Assembly (NCBI GenBank): GCA_025558095.1 | Contig: JAIVFI010000022.1 | Location: 62,001 to 126,000, forward strand | Origin: Hyaloraphidium curvatum SAG 235-1 | Taxonomy: Eukaryota > Fungi > Monoblepharomycota | Direction of reading: 5' to 3' | Length of the DNA stretch: 64,000 nt | In this document: positions 33,711 to 43,984 of the stretch, in pieces | Numbering within the stretch: the first letter of the stretch is position 1 | Layout of the letters: each line of letters starts with the position of its first letter | Notes under the pieces: model-generated | The model's database searches: none | The model's input: only the letters and a program-made list of their open reading frames with translations | Told to the model about the DNA's origin: nothing | Program-made: the position numbers and the translations under genes

Positions 33711-35281
33711 ATGGCCTCCGACCTCCTCGTCGAGACTCCGAGCGGCAAAGTGCAGGGCATCGCCCTCGCCGGCGGCAAGGTCCGCGGCTTCCTCGGCGTC
33801 CCCGTCGGCAGCGCCGCCCGGTGGAAGCGCCCCGTTGCCGTCAGCAAATGGGAGGGCGTCAAAGACGCGACAAACTTCGGCGCCCCGCCGCCCAAGCTGC
33901 CCGACCCGATCACCTTTATTCCCATCTTCAAGGAGTCGCACGTGGGCTCGCGATTGACGGCCGCCGGCCTCCAGGGCCGGGCTCACTCCGCTGTCCCCCA
34001 CAGATCCCCCACTCCGAAGACTGTCTATTTGCCAATGTCTATGCCCCGCCGGCAGCGGATATCCCCAAAGAGGGGCTCCCCGTCATGATCTGGATCTACG
34101 GCGGAGCGCTCACGGGCGGCGAAACCTCGCTGCCTCTCTACCATGGGGAGAGCTTCGTCGCCAAGGCTGCCGAGCTCGGGCAGCCCGTGATCCTGGTGTC
34201 GGTCAACTACCGGATCAACGTGTTCGGGTTCCTGGCCTCCAAGGAGCTCCAGGAGTGGAACGGGGACGGCTCGACGGGGAATCTGGGTTTCTACGACCAG
34301 AAACTCGGGCTCGAGTTTGTTCGGGACAACGTGCGCGCCTTTGGCGGCGACCCGGCCCGCGTGACCGTGTTCGGCGAGTCCGCCGGCGCCGTGTCGACCG
34401 ACATCCTCTCGATCGCCTTTGCCGAGGACAAGCTGTTCGACCGCGCCATCCTCCAGTCGGGCAACTGCCTCACCATGCCCGCGCAGCCCGTCTCGGCGGC
34501 GCAGCGCGTGTTCGACCTCATCTACACCCACGCCGGCGGGCCCGCGGACCTCAAGGGCAAGGCCCGCGTCGAGTTCCTCCTCACCAAATCCACGGAAGAG
34601 CTCCTAGACGCCCTCCTCAAGTGCCGCGCCGAGGTCGGCTTCGCCCCGGTCATCGACGGCGTCTTCCTCCGCTCCTTCCCCGCCGCCGCCCCCCGCGGGA
34701 TCCGCGCCGTCCTCTGCGGTACCAACCTCGACGAGGGCACCATGTTCGCCAAGCTCTTCCTCGCCGCGGGCGAGGCCGGCGCCCGCGGCATGCTGGCTGC
34801 CGCCTTCCCCGCGCACCACGCCGCCATCGCCGCGCGCTACGAGGCGCAGTACGGCGACTTTCCCCGCGCCTTCGACGAGTTCTTCAACGACGCGATATTC
34901 CAGGCCCCCATGCACGCCTACGCCGGGATCGCCGCCTCGCAGGGGATCGACGTGTACAGGTACCGCTTCGAGGTGCCGCTGGCGAGCTCGCAGCCGATCG
35001 GGCTGCGGGTCCACCACGCGTGCGAGATCCCGTTCGTGTTCCACCAGGCGCACATGCTCGCCGAGGATGAGGTGCAGCACGCCGAGAGGATGGTGAGGGA
35101 CTGGACGGCGTTTGCGCACGGGAGGGCGCCGGAGGAGGGGTGGCCGAGGTACAACGACAAGGGGGAGGTGCTGGTCTACGGGCCCGGGGGGACGAGGGTG
35201 GAGGGGGAGGTGTTCAGGGAGGATGCGATGGGGTTCTGGGCGGGGGTGTTTGCGGAGCGGATGGCGGCGGCGAGCGCGTGA
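33711..35281 (+). CDS. Type-B carboxylesterase (para-nitrobenzyl esterase/lipase family)
   Basis: GFLGVP, SEDCL, WIYGG, VSVNYR, FGESAG nucleophile, GTNLDEG, HACEI; one intron ~33942-34003. Confidence 0.93.
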
Positions 35282-35506
35282 TCGGAAGGCTTCTCGCGGC
35301 GGGAGGACTATGAGCTACCTATCCACTGTCTAATCCTTGCCTACGAGTGCAATGGTTGACCTCACGAGCTTTTGCACTCCGGTGTTACCCGCAGAAGAAC
35401 CGTCCTTTGCCATCGACATTGGATTGTCCCCGAGGCCGATCGATGATCCGCGGGGAACAGTCGTACCTTCGACCGGCACTGAGTGTCAGCCAGAATCGGT
35501 GAGGGT

Positions 35507-35704
35507 CTAGGAGTGTCCGCAGATGTCTTTGTGTTCAGCCCAATGAGCCTTCTGGCAGCTCCGATTGCAGTAGTCGTGTGGCGACATTTTCGGCGCGGAG
35601 GCTTTGCGGTGTGAAGTGCAGCGAGTAGCAGCGCGAGCGCCTGCCACCATCCACTCATCCCATCGCAACCCTATGGCCCGCCCAGGCCAAAGAACCGCAC
35701 ACAC
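35507..35704 (-). pseudogene. Heavily decayed MYND-family copy
   Basis: HDYCNRSCQKAHWAEHKDICGHS* ends like the 30037 gene (ICGHS*); the upstream part is degenerate. Confidence 0.6.
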
Positions 35705-35715
35705 CGCGCCATGAT

Positions 35716-36991
35716 CTATTTATTCTTCGGCGCAGCAGGAGAAGCACCATAGAACCTCCCCCCCGCCACCCGTTCCGGCGCCCAGATCTCCTCGATCCTC
35801 GCCTTGTCCTCCTCCGACAGCTTGATCCCCAGCGACGCGACGTTCTCGTCCACGCGGGACGCACTGCGGGTCGCGAAGATGGGGAATATGTCGTCGCCGA
35901 GGGAGAGCACCCAGGCAAGGGCCAGCTGTGCGGGGGTGGCGTTTTTGGTGGCGGCAAAGGCGGCAAACTCCTCGAGGGTCTGGAAGCGAGCACCGTCAGG
36001 AGGCGGAGCTCAGCTGCCGATTTGGTGGAGCGCACCTTCACGTTCTTCTCGAGGTTCTCGGGGGCATAGAACCCGATGCCCCTCCTGAAGTCCCCCTGCG
36101 CCAGGTCGTCCTCCTTCTTCACCGATCCCGCCAGCAGACCCCTCCCGAGCGGCGAGTACGGCACGAACGGGATCCCGAGCTCCCTGCACGTATCGATGAC
36201 GCCGTCGCTGAGCGGGTCCCGCGCCCAAAGGCTGAGCTCCGACTGCACAGCGCCGACGGGATGGATCGCGTGGGCGCGGCGGATCATCTCCGGGGTGGCT
36301 TCGGAAAGGCCGTACAAGGCGATCTTGCCCTCCTGGATCAGCTTGACGAGCTCGCCGACGGTGTCCTCGATGGGAACCGCGGGATCGGGGCGGTGCTGGT
36401 AGAAAAGATCTAGGGACGACACGTCATTGGCACGAACCCCAAATTCATCAACGAACTCACCTATGCGGTCGGTCTGAAGATACCCGAGCGAGGCCATGCA
36501 GACACGGCGGACGTTGGCCGGCGACGAATCGAGCCCTGCGACGAAACCTCCTTTCGGGTCCTTGATGAAGCCGAACTTGGTTGCCAGGAAGACTGCAGGC
36601 AGTATAAGAAGACCCGAAAGCGTCAATCGGAGGGCAAACCCACACTTGTCCCGCCCGAACTTGGCGATTGCCTTGCCGACCAGCGTCTCGTTGACCCCCC
36701 TGCGGGACGCGTCAAGACGCGTCTCCCACGCGGCAATCGCGCCGCCCACCATCCGTAGAGCTCGGCCGTGTCGATGTGGTTGATCCCGAGCTCGAAGCAG
36801 CGCGCAAAGACCTCCATCGCCTGCTCCTCCGGCAACGGGCCGGACGAATAGCTGGGGGACATGGTGAGTTCCCGGCCACGACTTCCCGTGCCGGGCCCTC
36901 ACGCGCCGGACATCGTCATCGGTCCGAAGCCGATTCGGGACACTTCGGGCCCGTTCCGGCCAAAGGGCAGCTTCGGCACGCTGGTCGTCAT
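35716..36991 (-). CDS. Aldo-keto reductase (AKR13 / pyridoxal-reductase-like), multi-exon
   Basis: IGFGPMTMS, IDTAELYG, LATKFG, DLFYQHRPDP, GLSEA, AVQSELSLW, PYSPLGRG motifs; several short introns. Confidence 0.9.
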
Positions 36992-37086
36992 CGCGGGGAT
37001 CGGGCTCGGGGTTCGCGGGGAGCCCCGCGTGAGTGCGGGCGACGCGGCGAGTCAAACCTGCATCCTCCCTCGTCTTCGTCGCTGCA

Positions 37087-38649
37087 ATGCCGCCGTCGAC
37101 CGACTCCGCGTTGCCGAAAAGCCTCAATTTCTTCCTTGCCAACGAATGGCTGGCTCTTTTCCCGGCCGAGGCGGCTCCGCCACGCGACTCCCCGCCGTGG
37201 TTGGCGAACCTCGCGTCCTTGGACCCCGCCACCGAGCTGAGGACAGCAAGGTCCCTCACTGCCCCCGCCCTTCTCGAAGGACTGCGTGAGGAGCCGGGTC
37301 TGCGGCGCCTGGTCGCCGCCCAGCTGTGGCTGGCGCGCTACGTCTCGGTCATGGCAGTCACGCGGCTCCTGTTCGACACCTCGCAGGCCTTCATCTTTCT
37401 GGTGGTCTGGGCCTTCAACGACGGTCGGTTTGGCACGCGCCAGATGATCGCCGCTACCGGCGCCCTGGTCATGGAGGTCATGCTGTCGACGTCGGGCATT
37501 TTCTTCTTCGGGATGGCGGCGGCGGTGGAGGCCAACGCCGCGACGCTAGCCAGTTCTAAGGATCTCGACCATCCTGCGACGCTGGATTCGCATCCGCTTG
37601 CGGGCTACGTGCGGTGGCGGCAGCTCTGCAAGGATCGCGTCGGAGGGACGGAGCCGTCCCCGCTGGTCGAGCACGTCGATGGCGACCCCATGTGCCCATG
37701 CCCCCGTGCCTCCTGCGCCGGCCCGCTCGCGCGCGGCGCCTTTTCCTACTTCGCCATCCTGCTGGCTGCCATCTGGGTCTCGACCAACTTCTCGTGGGTC
37801 CTGGTCATGGCATGGACGTCGCTCGTCACCTTTGGCCCCGTCCTCTGGCGCACGCCTTGGTCGGCGACCCTGTGCGCCCTCGCCCTGTTCCAGCTCGCGT
37901 GCAACATCCTGGCCACCTTCACCTCCCTCGTTGTAGGCGCCCAGCTGAACCCCAAGCTGCTGGAGCTGGAGCGGCGCCTGCGCAGGCGGGCCGCCAGGCT
38001 GTGCCTCTACGCCCTTCTCGCGGACATTGCCGGCGCGAAAGAGGGAAACGCCCGGCCGGTCGAGGATTGGCCTTACGCCGCCCTGCACGCCAAGCTCGTT
38101 TCCTCTTGGACGTCGCGGACCGGCAACATCGATGGCCAGCTCAAGTTCTGGGGCTACCTCATTTGCACCCTTACCTGTACCCTGGGGGCCATCAACGTGG
38201 TGGGTAGACACCCTGTTCTTGGTCCATCGAGCTCCGCGCTTAATGCGTTCTCGCTCTTGCAGCTCTTCGGCTCCTGCCTCACCGGCAACTTCATCTCCAG
38301 CATCATCGTCGTCATCGGGCTGCTCCTCGTCTTCCTCGGCACCTACGCGGCCGCCAACAGCGAGCCCGCCGGGGTCGCCAGGCAGTACCGCTCCGCACGC
38401 GATTCGCTGCTCGCGCTCGTGGTCGCGGAGCCGGCGGATCGCGCGGCGTCCGCACATGCGCGCATGTTGGACACATTCACGGAGCTGCAGGGTTCCAGGG
38501 CAGCCTTCCTCAGGTTCGACATCACGTTTTCCACGATCCGGGGGCTGGTCATAACGCTGGTGACCGTCGTAGTGGGCCTGTGGAGCGTCATGAGGTCGGC
38601 CGGGGTGTTTGTCACGCTCGAGTCGGTCTGTCCGTGGCCGACAGGGTGA
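37087..38649 (+). CDS. 7-TM membrane protein, candidate gustatory-receptor-like (7TM ion channel) fold
   Basis: Seven hydrophobic segments, no signal peptide, C-terminal FLRFDITFSTIRGLVITLVTVVVGLW; probable in-frame intron ~38200-38262. The CDS is well supported, the family call is tentative. Confidence 0.6.
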   Translation: MPPSTDSALPKSLNFFLANEWLALFPAEAAPPRDSPPWLANLASLDPATELRTARSLTAPALLEGLREEPGLRRLVAAQLWLARYVSVMAVTRLLFDTSQAFIFLVVWAFNDGRFGTRQMIAATGALVMEVMLSTSGIFFFGMAAAVEANAATLASSKDLDHPATLDSHPLAGYVRWRQLCKDRVGGTEPSPLVEHVDGDPMCPCPRASCAGPLARGAFSYFAILLAAIWVSTNFSWVLVMAWTSLVTFGPVLWRTPWSATLCALALFQLACNILATFTSLVVGAQLNPKLLELERRLRRRAARLCLYALLADIAGAKEGNARPVEDWPYAALHAKLVSSWTSRTGNIDGQLKFWGYLICTLTCTLGAINVVGRHPVLGPSSSALNAFSLLQLFGSCLTGNFISSIIVVIGLLLVFLGTYAAANSEPAGVARQYRSARDSLLALVVAEPADRAASAHARMLDTFTELQGSRAAFLRFDITFSTIRGLVITLVTVVVGLWSVMRSAGVFVTLESVCPWPTG

Positions 38650-38911
38650 TTGGCGAGCGGCGACCGCAACGACTGATTGGACATTGGCAACCAGTTTCCC
38701 GGAGGCGCTGTATGCCTGGCGAAAAAGAGAGCGAGTTGCATGAGCTCTCTTCTCTTGATTCCAACCGTCGTCGCGATGAAGACATTTGTCAAGTCTGCAG
38801 ATTCGACGCGCCGCGCGTAAACTCACTCCGCCACCCTCCTAAATCCCTCGCAAAGACAACTTGGCCGCCCGCTGTCCAGCTTGTTCCGCTATTCTCTACT
38901 CAGCAACAGAA

Positions 38912-40273
38912 ATGGGCCTTGCACGCTACGCAGGATGGTCCCTTTTCCTCGCGTCTGTGCTCTCTGCGGTTGGGTACCGCGTCGCCTTGAACCTGGGTGT
39001 CTTCGTCGACACGCGGCCGCTGAACGTCGACAAGTGCGCGCTCGTCGACCGCGCGCGGAGCGGGGGCGCCTTCGTGCGGCTGCCGGGCGTGGAGGACGTC
39101 GTCGTTTCGAGCAGCGGCTTCGCGTTCCTCTCGTCGGATGACCGCAGGCAATGGCTGTCGGAGGACCTGCTCTTCGACCCCATCCAGCTTATCTCGCGGC
39201 CGGGGGTATCCGACGGCGTCTTTGCCGCGCTGGATCTCAGGCAGCCCAACTTGGACGCGTATGTGCTGCCGCGGCTCCTCGGGGACGGCGTTCCGGCGTC
39301 TGAGCTCGAGACGTTCCACCCGCACGGCATCGGGCTCCTCGAGCTGGGCGAGGCCGAATGGGAGCTGTACGCAGTCGTTCACACCCGCCTCGGCGATTCA
39401 GTCCAGATCTACGAGGTCGTCTTTGACGCGGCCGAAAACAGCCGGCGCCCGACTGCACTCAAGCTCCGCGACGTGATCCGAAGCCCCGAGACATTCACCG
39501 GCTTAAACGACATTGTGCCCGTCAACCCACGCCTCATCGAGGGTAGCTCAGATCCGGCATTCGCCGGCTCGCGCGGCTTCTTTGTCTCCAACCTGGCCCA
39601 CGGGCCCGTCGGGACCTTGATGAACTTCTTGGAGATGCTCTTTGCGCGCCCCTGGTCCTCGGTCGCCTACTGCACCCGCGGGTCCCAGACACCCTGGACC
39701 TGCGCCCCGGCGCTCAAGGACATCGTCACCCCCAACGGCGTCGCGCTGTCCCAGGCGCAGGCCCGGCTCTATGTCGCCTCCACCACCGGCAGAGTCCTCT
39801 CGGCTTACCCCCTCGCGCTCGCGCACGGCCCCGGCGGGATCACCCCCGGCTTCACTGGGCCGCCGGTGGTCGTCCCCCTCGCCCCGCCCGGCGACGACGT
39901 CGCCTCGCTCGGCGACAACATCGACGTCGACCCGGCCACGGGCGACCTGTACCTCGGCGTGCACCCCGCGACGATCAGGTTCCTCGCGCACAGCGGGAAC
40001 GCATCCCTGCCCGCGCCCAGCGCCGTCTTCCGCGCCTCGTTCCCCGGCGGCGACCTCGCCGGGATCCGGCCGTCGGCGGTGCGGGTGGAGACCGTGCTCG
40101 CGGACGACGGGAACACGATCGCCGCGTCGTCGGTGGGGGCGTACCACCAATCGAACAATGGGGAGCACGTGCTGGTCGTGGGGACGGTGTTTAGGGACGG
40201 GGTGTTTGTGTGCAGGTTCAAGGACGGGGAGGCGGGGTTCGGCAGGAGGGCGAAAGCCGGGGGCGCGACGTAA
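38912..40273 (+). CDS. Paraoxonase/arylesterase-like six-bladed beta-propeller lactonase
   Basis: N-terminal anchor; GVEDV, FHPHGI, NDIVPV, PNGVA, DNIDVD..GDLYLGVHP calcium-site motifs. Confidence 0.85.
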   Translation: MGLARYAGWSLFLASVLSAVGYRVALNLGVFVDTRPLNVDKCALVDRARSGGAFVRLPGVEDVVVSSSGFAFLSSDDRRQWLSEDLLFDPIQLISRPGVSDGVFAALDLRQPNLDAYVLPRLLGDGVPASELETFHPHGIGLLELGEAEWELYAVVHTRLGDSVQIYEVVFDAAENSRRPTALKLRDVIRSPETFTGLNDIVPVNPRLIEGSSDPAFAGSRGFFVSNLAHGPVGTLMNFLEMLFARPWSSVAYCTRGSQTPWTCAPALKDIVTPNGVALSQAQARLYVASTTGRVLSAYPLALAHGPGGITPGFTGPPVVVPLAPPGDDVASLGDNIDVDPATGDLYLGVHPATIRFLAHSGNASLPAPSAVFRASFPGGDLAGIRPSAVRVETVLADDGNTIAASSVGAYHQSNNGEHVLVVGTVFRDGVFVCRFKDGEAGFGRRAKAGGAT

Positions 40274-40314
40274 AGCAAAACGGCCCTCCGATGTTGTCGA
40301 CCGAACCAGCTAGC

Positions 40315-40935
40315 TTATTTGCGACCATTCAACCCGACATCACCACTTCCCCCCGGCTTCGAGCCCCTTCCAGGTGAGGTACCCCAGCGCCAGCTCGTGC
40401 GCCGAGAACACCGCGGCGAAGCCGTCCGGCACCAGGCCGCGGTACCATCCCAGCGCCCAAAGGGCTGAGATTAGCACCCGGCCGTAGGCGGAGGACCTGA
40501 TGTACGCGGTATCGTTGGTTTCGGCCGCCGTCCAGTCTGGAAAGGTGAGTCAGACGGGTTCGGGCGCGCTCGCATCGCGAGACGCACAGTAGGTGGCCAG
40601 CTTGAGGATCACGGGACCCGCCAAAGCGCTGGTCGCCGGCTCCCATACGGGGGCGGAGAGGCCAAGGGGCCCCACGACGGCGGAGATGAGCTTGTCGAGT
40701 CCGGCGGGGTAGAACGTCATGCCGAGGCCGATGAGGGCGGCATCTGCGGGCAGATCCGGTCAGGCGCGGATGTCATCGGAGCGCGCGGCATGCGGTGGGA
40801 GCTCACAGCCGGCTGTCGGCAAGGAGCGGGTGCGGGAGGGCGAAAGCGCAACAGAGTCAGGCAACCGCCTTTTGCAGGCGCACGGCGCGGAACGAGCCCA
40901 CCGGTGTACCTCATGATGTTAACGGGAGTTGCCAT
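40315..40935 (-). CDS. Small ~4-TM membrane protein, four exons including a 6-nt microexon
   Basis: Spliced product MATPVNIMRYTAGYAALIGLGMTFYPAG..KLATYYWTAAETND..RSSAYGRV..HELALGYLTWKGL..NGRK*; not visible as one ORF in the track. Confidence 0.65.
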
Positions 40936-41890
40936 ACTGTGTTTCGGTGCGGAGCTTGATTGGCTCGGCGCGATTCAAGGGTGTTCGATGTCGGTGTTCT
41001 GACTAGTTCTCAGGCTCGGGATCCGGATCCCCAGACGAACGGGCAACTGACTCATCCATCCGTCGACCAGGCCATGTGCCATTATCCCCATGGAACGAGA
41101 CCAGGAACAGCGCGAACGGTCGGAACATCTTCTACCACTCGTTCCGCGTATGACACGTTTTTCCGGTAACAGTTTCGATCCACTTCCGCAAGCCGCGGAG
41201 GCGCCGTGGGCCTTCAGGCCGGTATTTGGGCGTCCCGATCGCCGGGACGCGTTGACGAATTGATTTCTTTGCCCCTTTGTGGGTTTCACTAGTAGGTCGC
41301 CGAAAGTGTTAGTTCCGTACGGATGTGACTCGTCGCTCCTCGCTCCAGCCCCGATCGTCTGGGTCCGTTTGAGCCCCCTTGAATCCTTCACGAAGTACAC
41401 AGCGACCATCGACGGCAAGCCGTGGGAAGGGCACGGGTTCCACAGGTGGACCTTTGGTGCCGACGGGTTCGTACTGGAGCGCGCGGCCCGATCGGATTCA
41501 GTAGGCACGGAAAGTGACGCCGCCTCCCTGCTCCCGTAGCAAACTCAAGGACTACACCAACGCTCCAGTGGAGATCGACAGCTTCGAGGCCGGTGGGTCG
41601 CCGGGTGCCCTGCCGATATGCTTGCGGAACATGGCCCTCACCCTCGACTCGGGCGGAATCGCGTAATGCAAGTCTTCGGCCGCGCCCCGAAGAGGTCGAA
41701 CGGGTCCAAACGCGAAGCAATCGCGACGAAGCACATCCACTTTCCACATCAGCCAACATCCAATTACCGGCTCCGCTTTGGATCACAATACTCATCGCGG
41801 GCACGTGCGCAGCTTCAGCGCATCCCGTGCCCTTGGAAGCCGGGCCGGTTGCCACTCACCTCCGCAAACCGTGTCCCCCACGACAGCAAA

Positions 41891-43855
41891 ATGGAGTCCC
41901 CGCCGGACCTCATCGTCTACAACGCCTTCATTTACACGGTCGCGCCCTCCCGCCCCCGTGCCTCCGCCATGGCCGTCTCGAACGGCGCAATCACGGCTCT
42001 CGGCGGCGACGAGCTGCTCGACCTCCGCGGGCCCTCAACAGAGCTCGTGGACGCGGCCGGCGCCTTCGTGATGCCCGGGCTGGCAGACGGGCACATCCAT
42101 TTCAACCTCGGGGGGTCGCAGGCGGCGTACGAGCTCCCCATTTCACCGCTGGCGGACATCCAGGGGATCCTGGACGCCGTCAGCAACTGGGCCTCGACGC
42201 TGGGACCGGAGGAATGGGTCGTGGGCGGGATTATCGGGGCGACGATGCTGGATAAGCTGGCGGCGGAGAACTGGATCTCGAAGCTGGACGAGGCGGCAGG
42301 GGGCAGACCGGTGGGGATCAGTGGCGAGCAGCGGCTCCGCGCGACGCGCTGAAGCCATTTGGGGCAGGCCATGCTGCGCGATGACAGCCTGCACAACCGC
42401 TGGGTAAACAGCCGGGCGCTGGAGCTCATGGGCGTGGACGAGTCGACTCCGGATCCGCCGGAAGGCAAGATGGTTCGGGACTCGGCGGGAAAACATACAG
42501 GAGTGCTCTACGAGTCCGCGATCAGCCTCGCCGAGACCGCGTTTAGGAAGTCGGTTGCAGACCTAGGGGCGAGGATTAGGGGGGCAATGCTCAAGAGCTT
42601 GGAGATTGTGCGGAGCTTCGGGATCACGTCCGTGCAGGTGGGCCACCTGCACTACCTGCAGACGGGTTTCATCAGATTTATCTGACAATGGTCGTGCTCT
42701 AGGAAGCAGCGACGGCCAGCGGAACATTCAAAGAGCTCATCCAGCTCGACAGGGAGGACAAACTTACGTGCCGGATCGTCGCCTCGGCCATTGCCAAAGT
42801 GTTTGTCGAGGATGGCTTCTTCGGGGAGGAGCTGTTCAGCTACATGAAGGAGTGCAGGGGCAAGCTTCTCCTGCCCGACTTTATGAAGGTTGGATTGCGC
42901 GTCCTGGTCGGGTTCGGAGTTCGGAAGCTGACCAACGGACCGCCAAAGATCTTCCTGGACGGCGTACCGATGACACGTACCAGCGTCATGCTCGGGCCTT
43001 ATCGCTGCTGCCACGGCGGCGCCCACGAGTTCGACGACGTCAAGGTCGTCCCCTTAGTCCCGGACGACGAGCTCGTCGGCCTGCTGCGGCGGTGCTACGA
43101 GCTCGGAATCGGTGGGCACTCTACTGGCCTCGATTGCAATTCTGGCCGACGTTGATCCCCATTTGATCTCTCAGGTGCCAAGATGCACGCGACGGGCGAC
43201 GGTGCGGCGCGGCAGGCCCTCGACGCCGTTGCGAAGGTCCGCACCGAGCGCGGCCCGGGCCCCATCTTCCAGATCGCCCACGCCGAGTACCTGCACCCCA
43301 TGGACATCCCCCGGATGAAGGAGCTGAACGTGGTGGCGGACATGTCGCCCTACATATGGTACCCGTGCGTGCTGCAGGACTCGATCGCCAAGGAGATCCC
43401 CGAGATGGTGTACGAGCGGTCCTGGCCCACGCGCGAGTTCCTGGACGCGGGGGTGCTGGTCGCCTGCGGATCCGACTGTGGGTGCTACCCGCGCTCCTTT
43501 TGCATGGTAATCGGGACTGATCCGTCGCCCGATCGATCGCCCAGGGCCTGTCGCGGCCACGACGCCCGATCCGTGGACGGGAATGCAGACGCTCATAACC
43601 AGGCGCAACCCCGACCCGTCGGTCCCCGGCGTCCTGTGCGAGAACCAGCGCGTCACGCGGGAGGAGGCGATAGAGGCCTTCACGGCCGGGCCAACGGCAG
43701 CAATGGGGCTGGACAAAGTGGGCCGGTTGAGCGAAGGCTTCTCGGCGGATTTCATCTTCCTGGACCGGGACTTGCTGGCGTGCGACGAGGGCGAGATTTA
43801 CAAGACCAAGGTGACGAGGACGTATCTGCAGGGAAAGCTTGTGTACGAAGCCTGA
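41891..43855 (+). CDS. Amidohydrolase family 3 (YtcJ-like), multi-exon
   Basis: VMPGLADGHIH, HNRWVNSRAL, TGVLYE, KIFLDG, HATGD, IAHAE, GSD, GRLSEGFSADF motifs across ORFs 41618, 42359, 42799, 43183 and 43583. Confidence 0.9.
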
Positions 43856-43984
43856 ACATAGACAGCTAGGGACCGGATGTTGTACGCGGGGACTCGGAGT
43901 CTGAGCCCTGGTCCCTCGCCCTGACGCGAGGACACCCATCCCCACTCCGCCGGGAGGCCTCGCGAGCCGGAGCCTTTATCGGGC

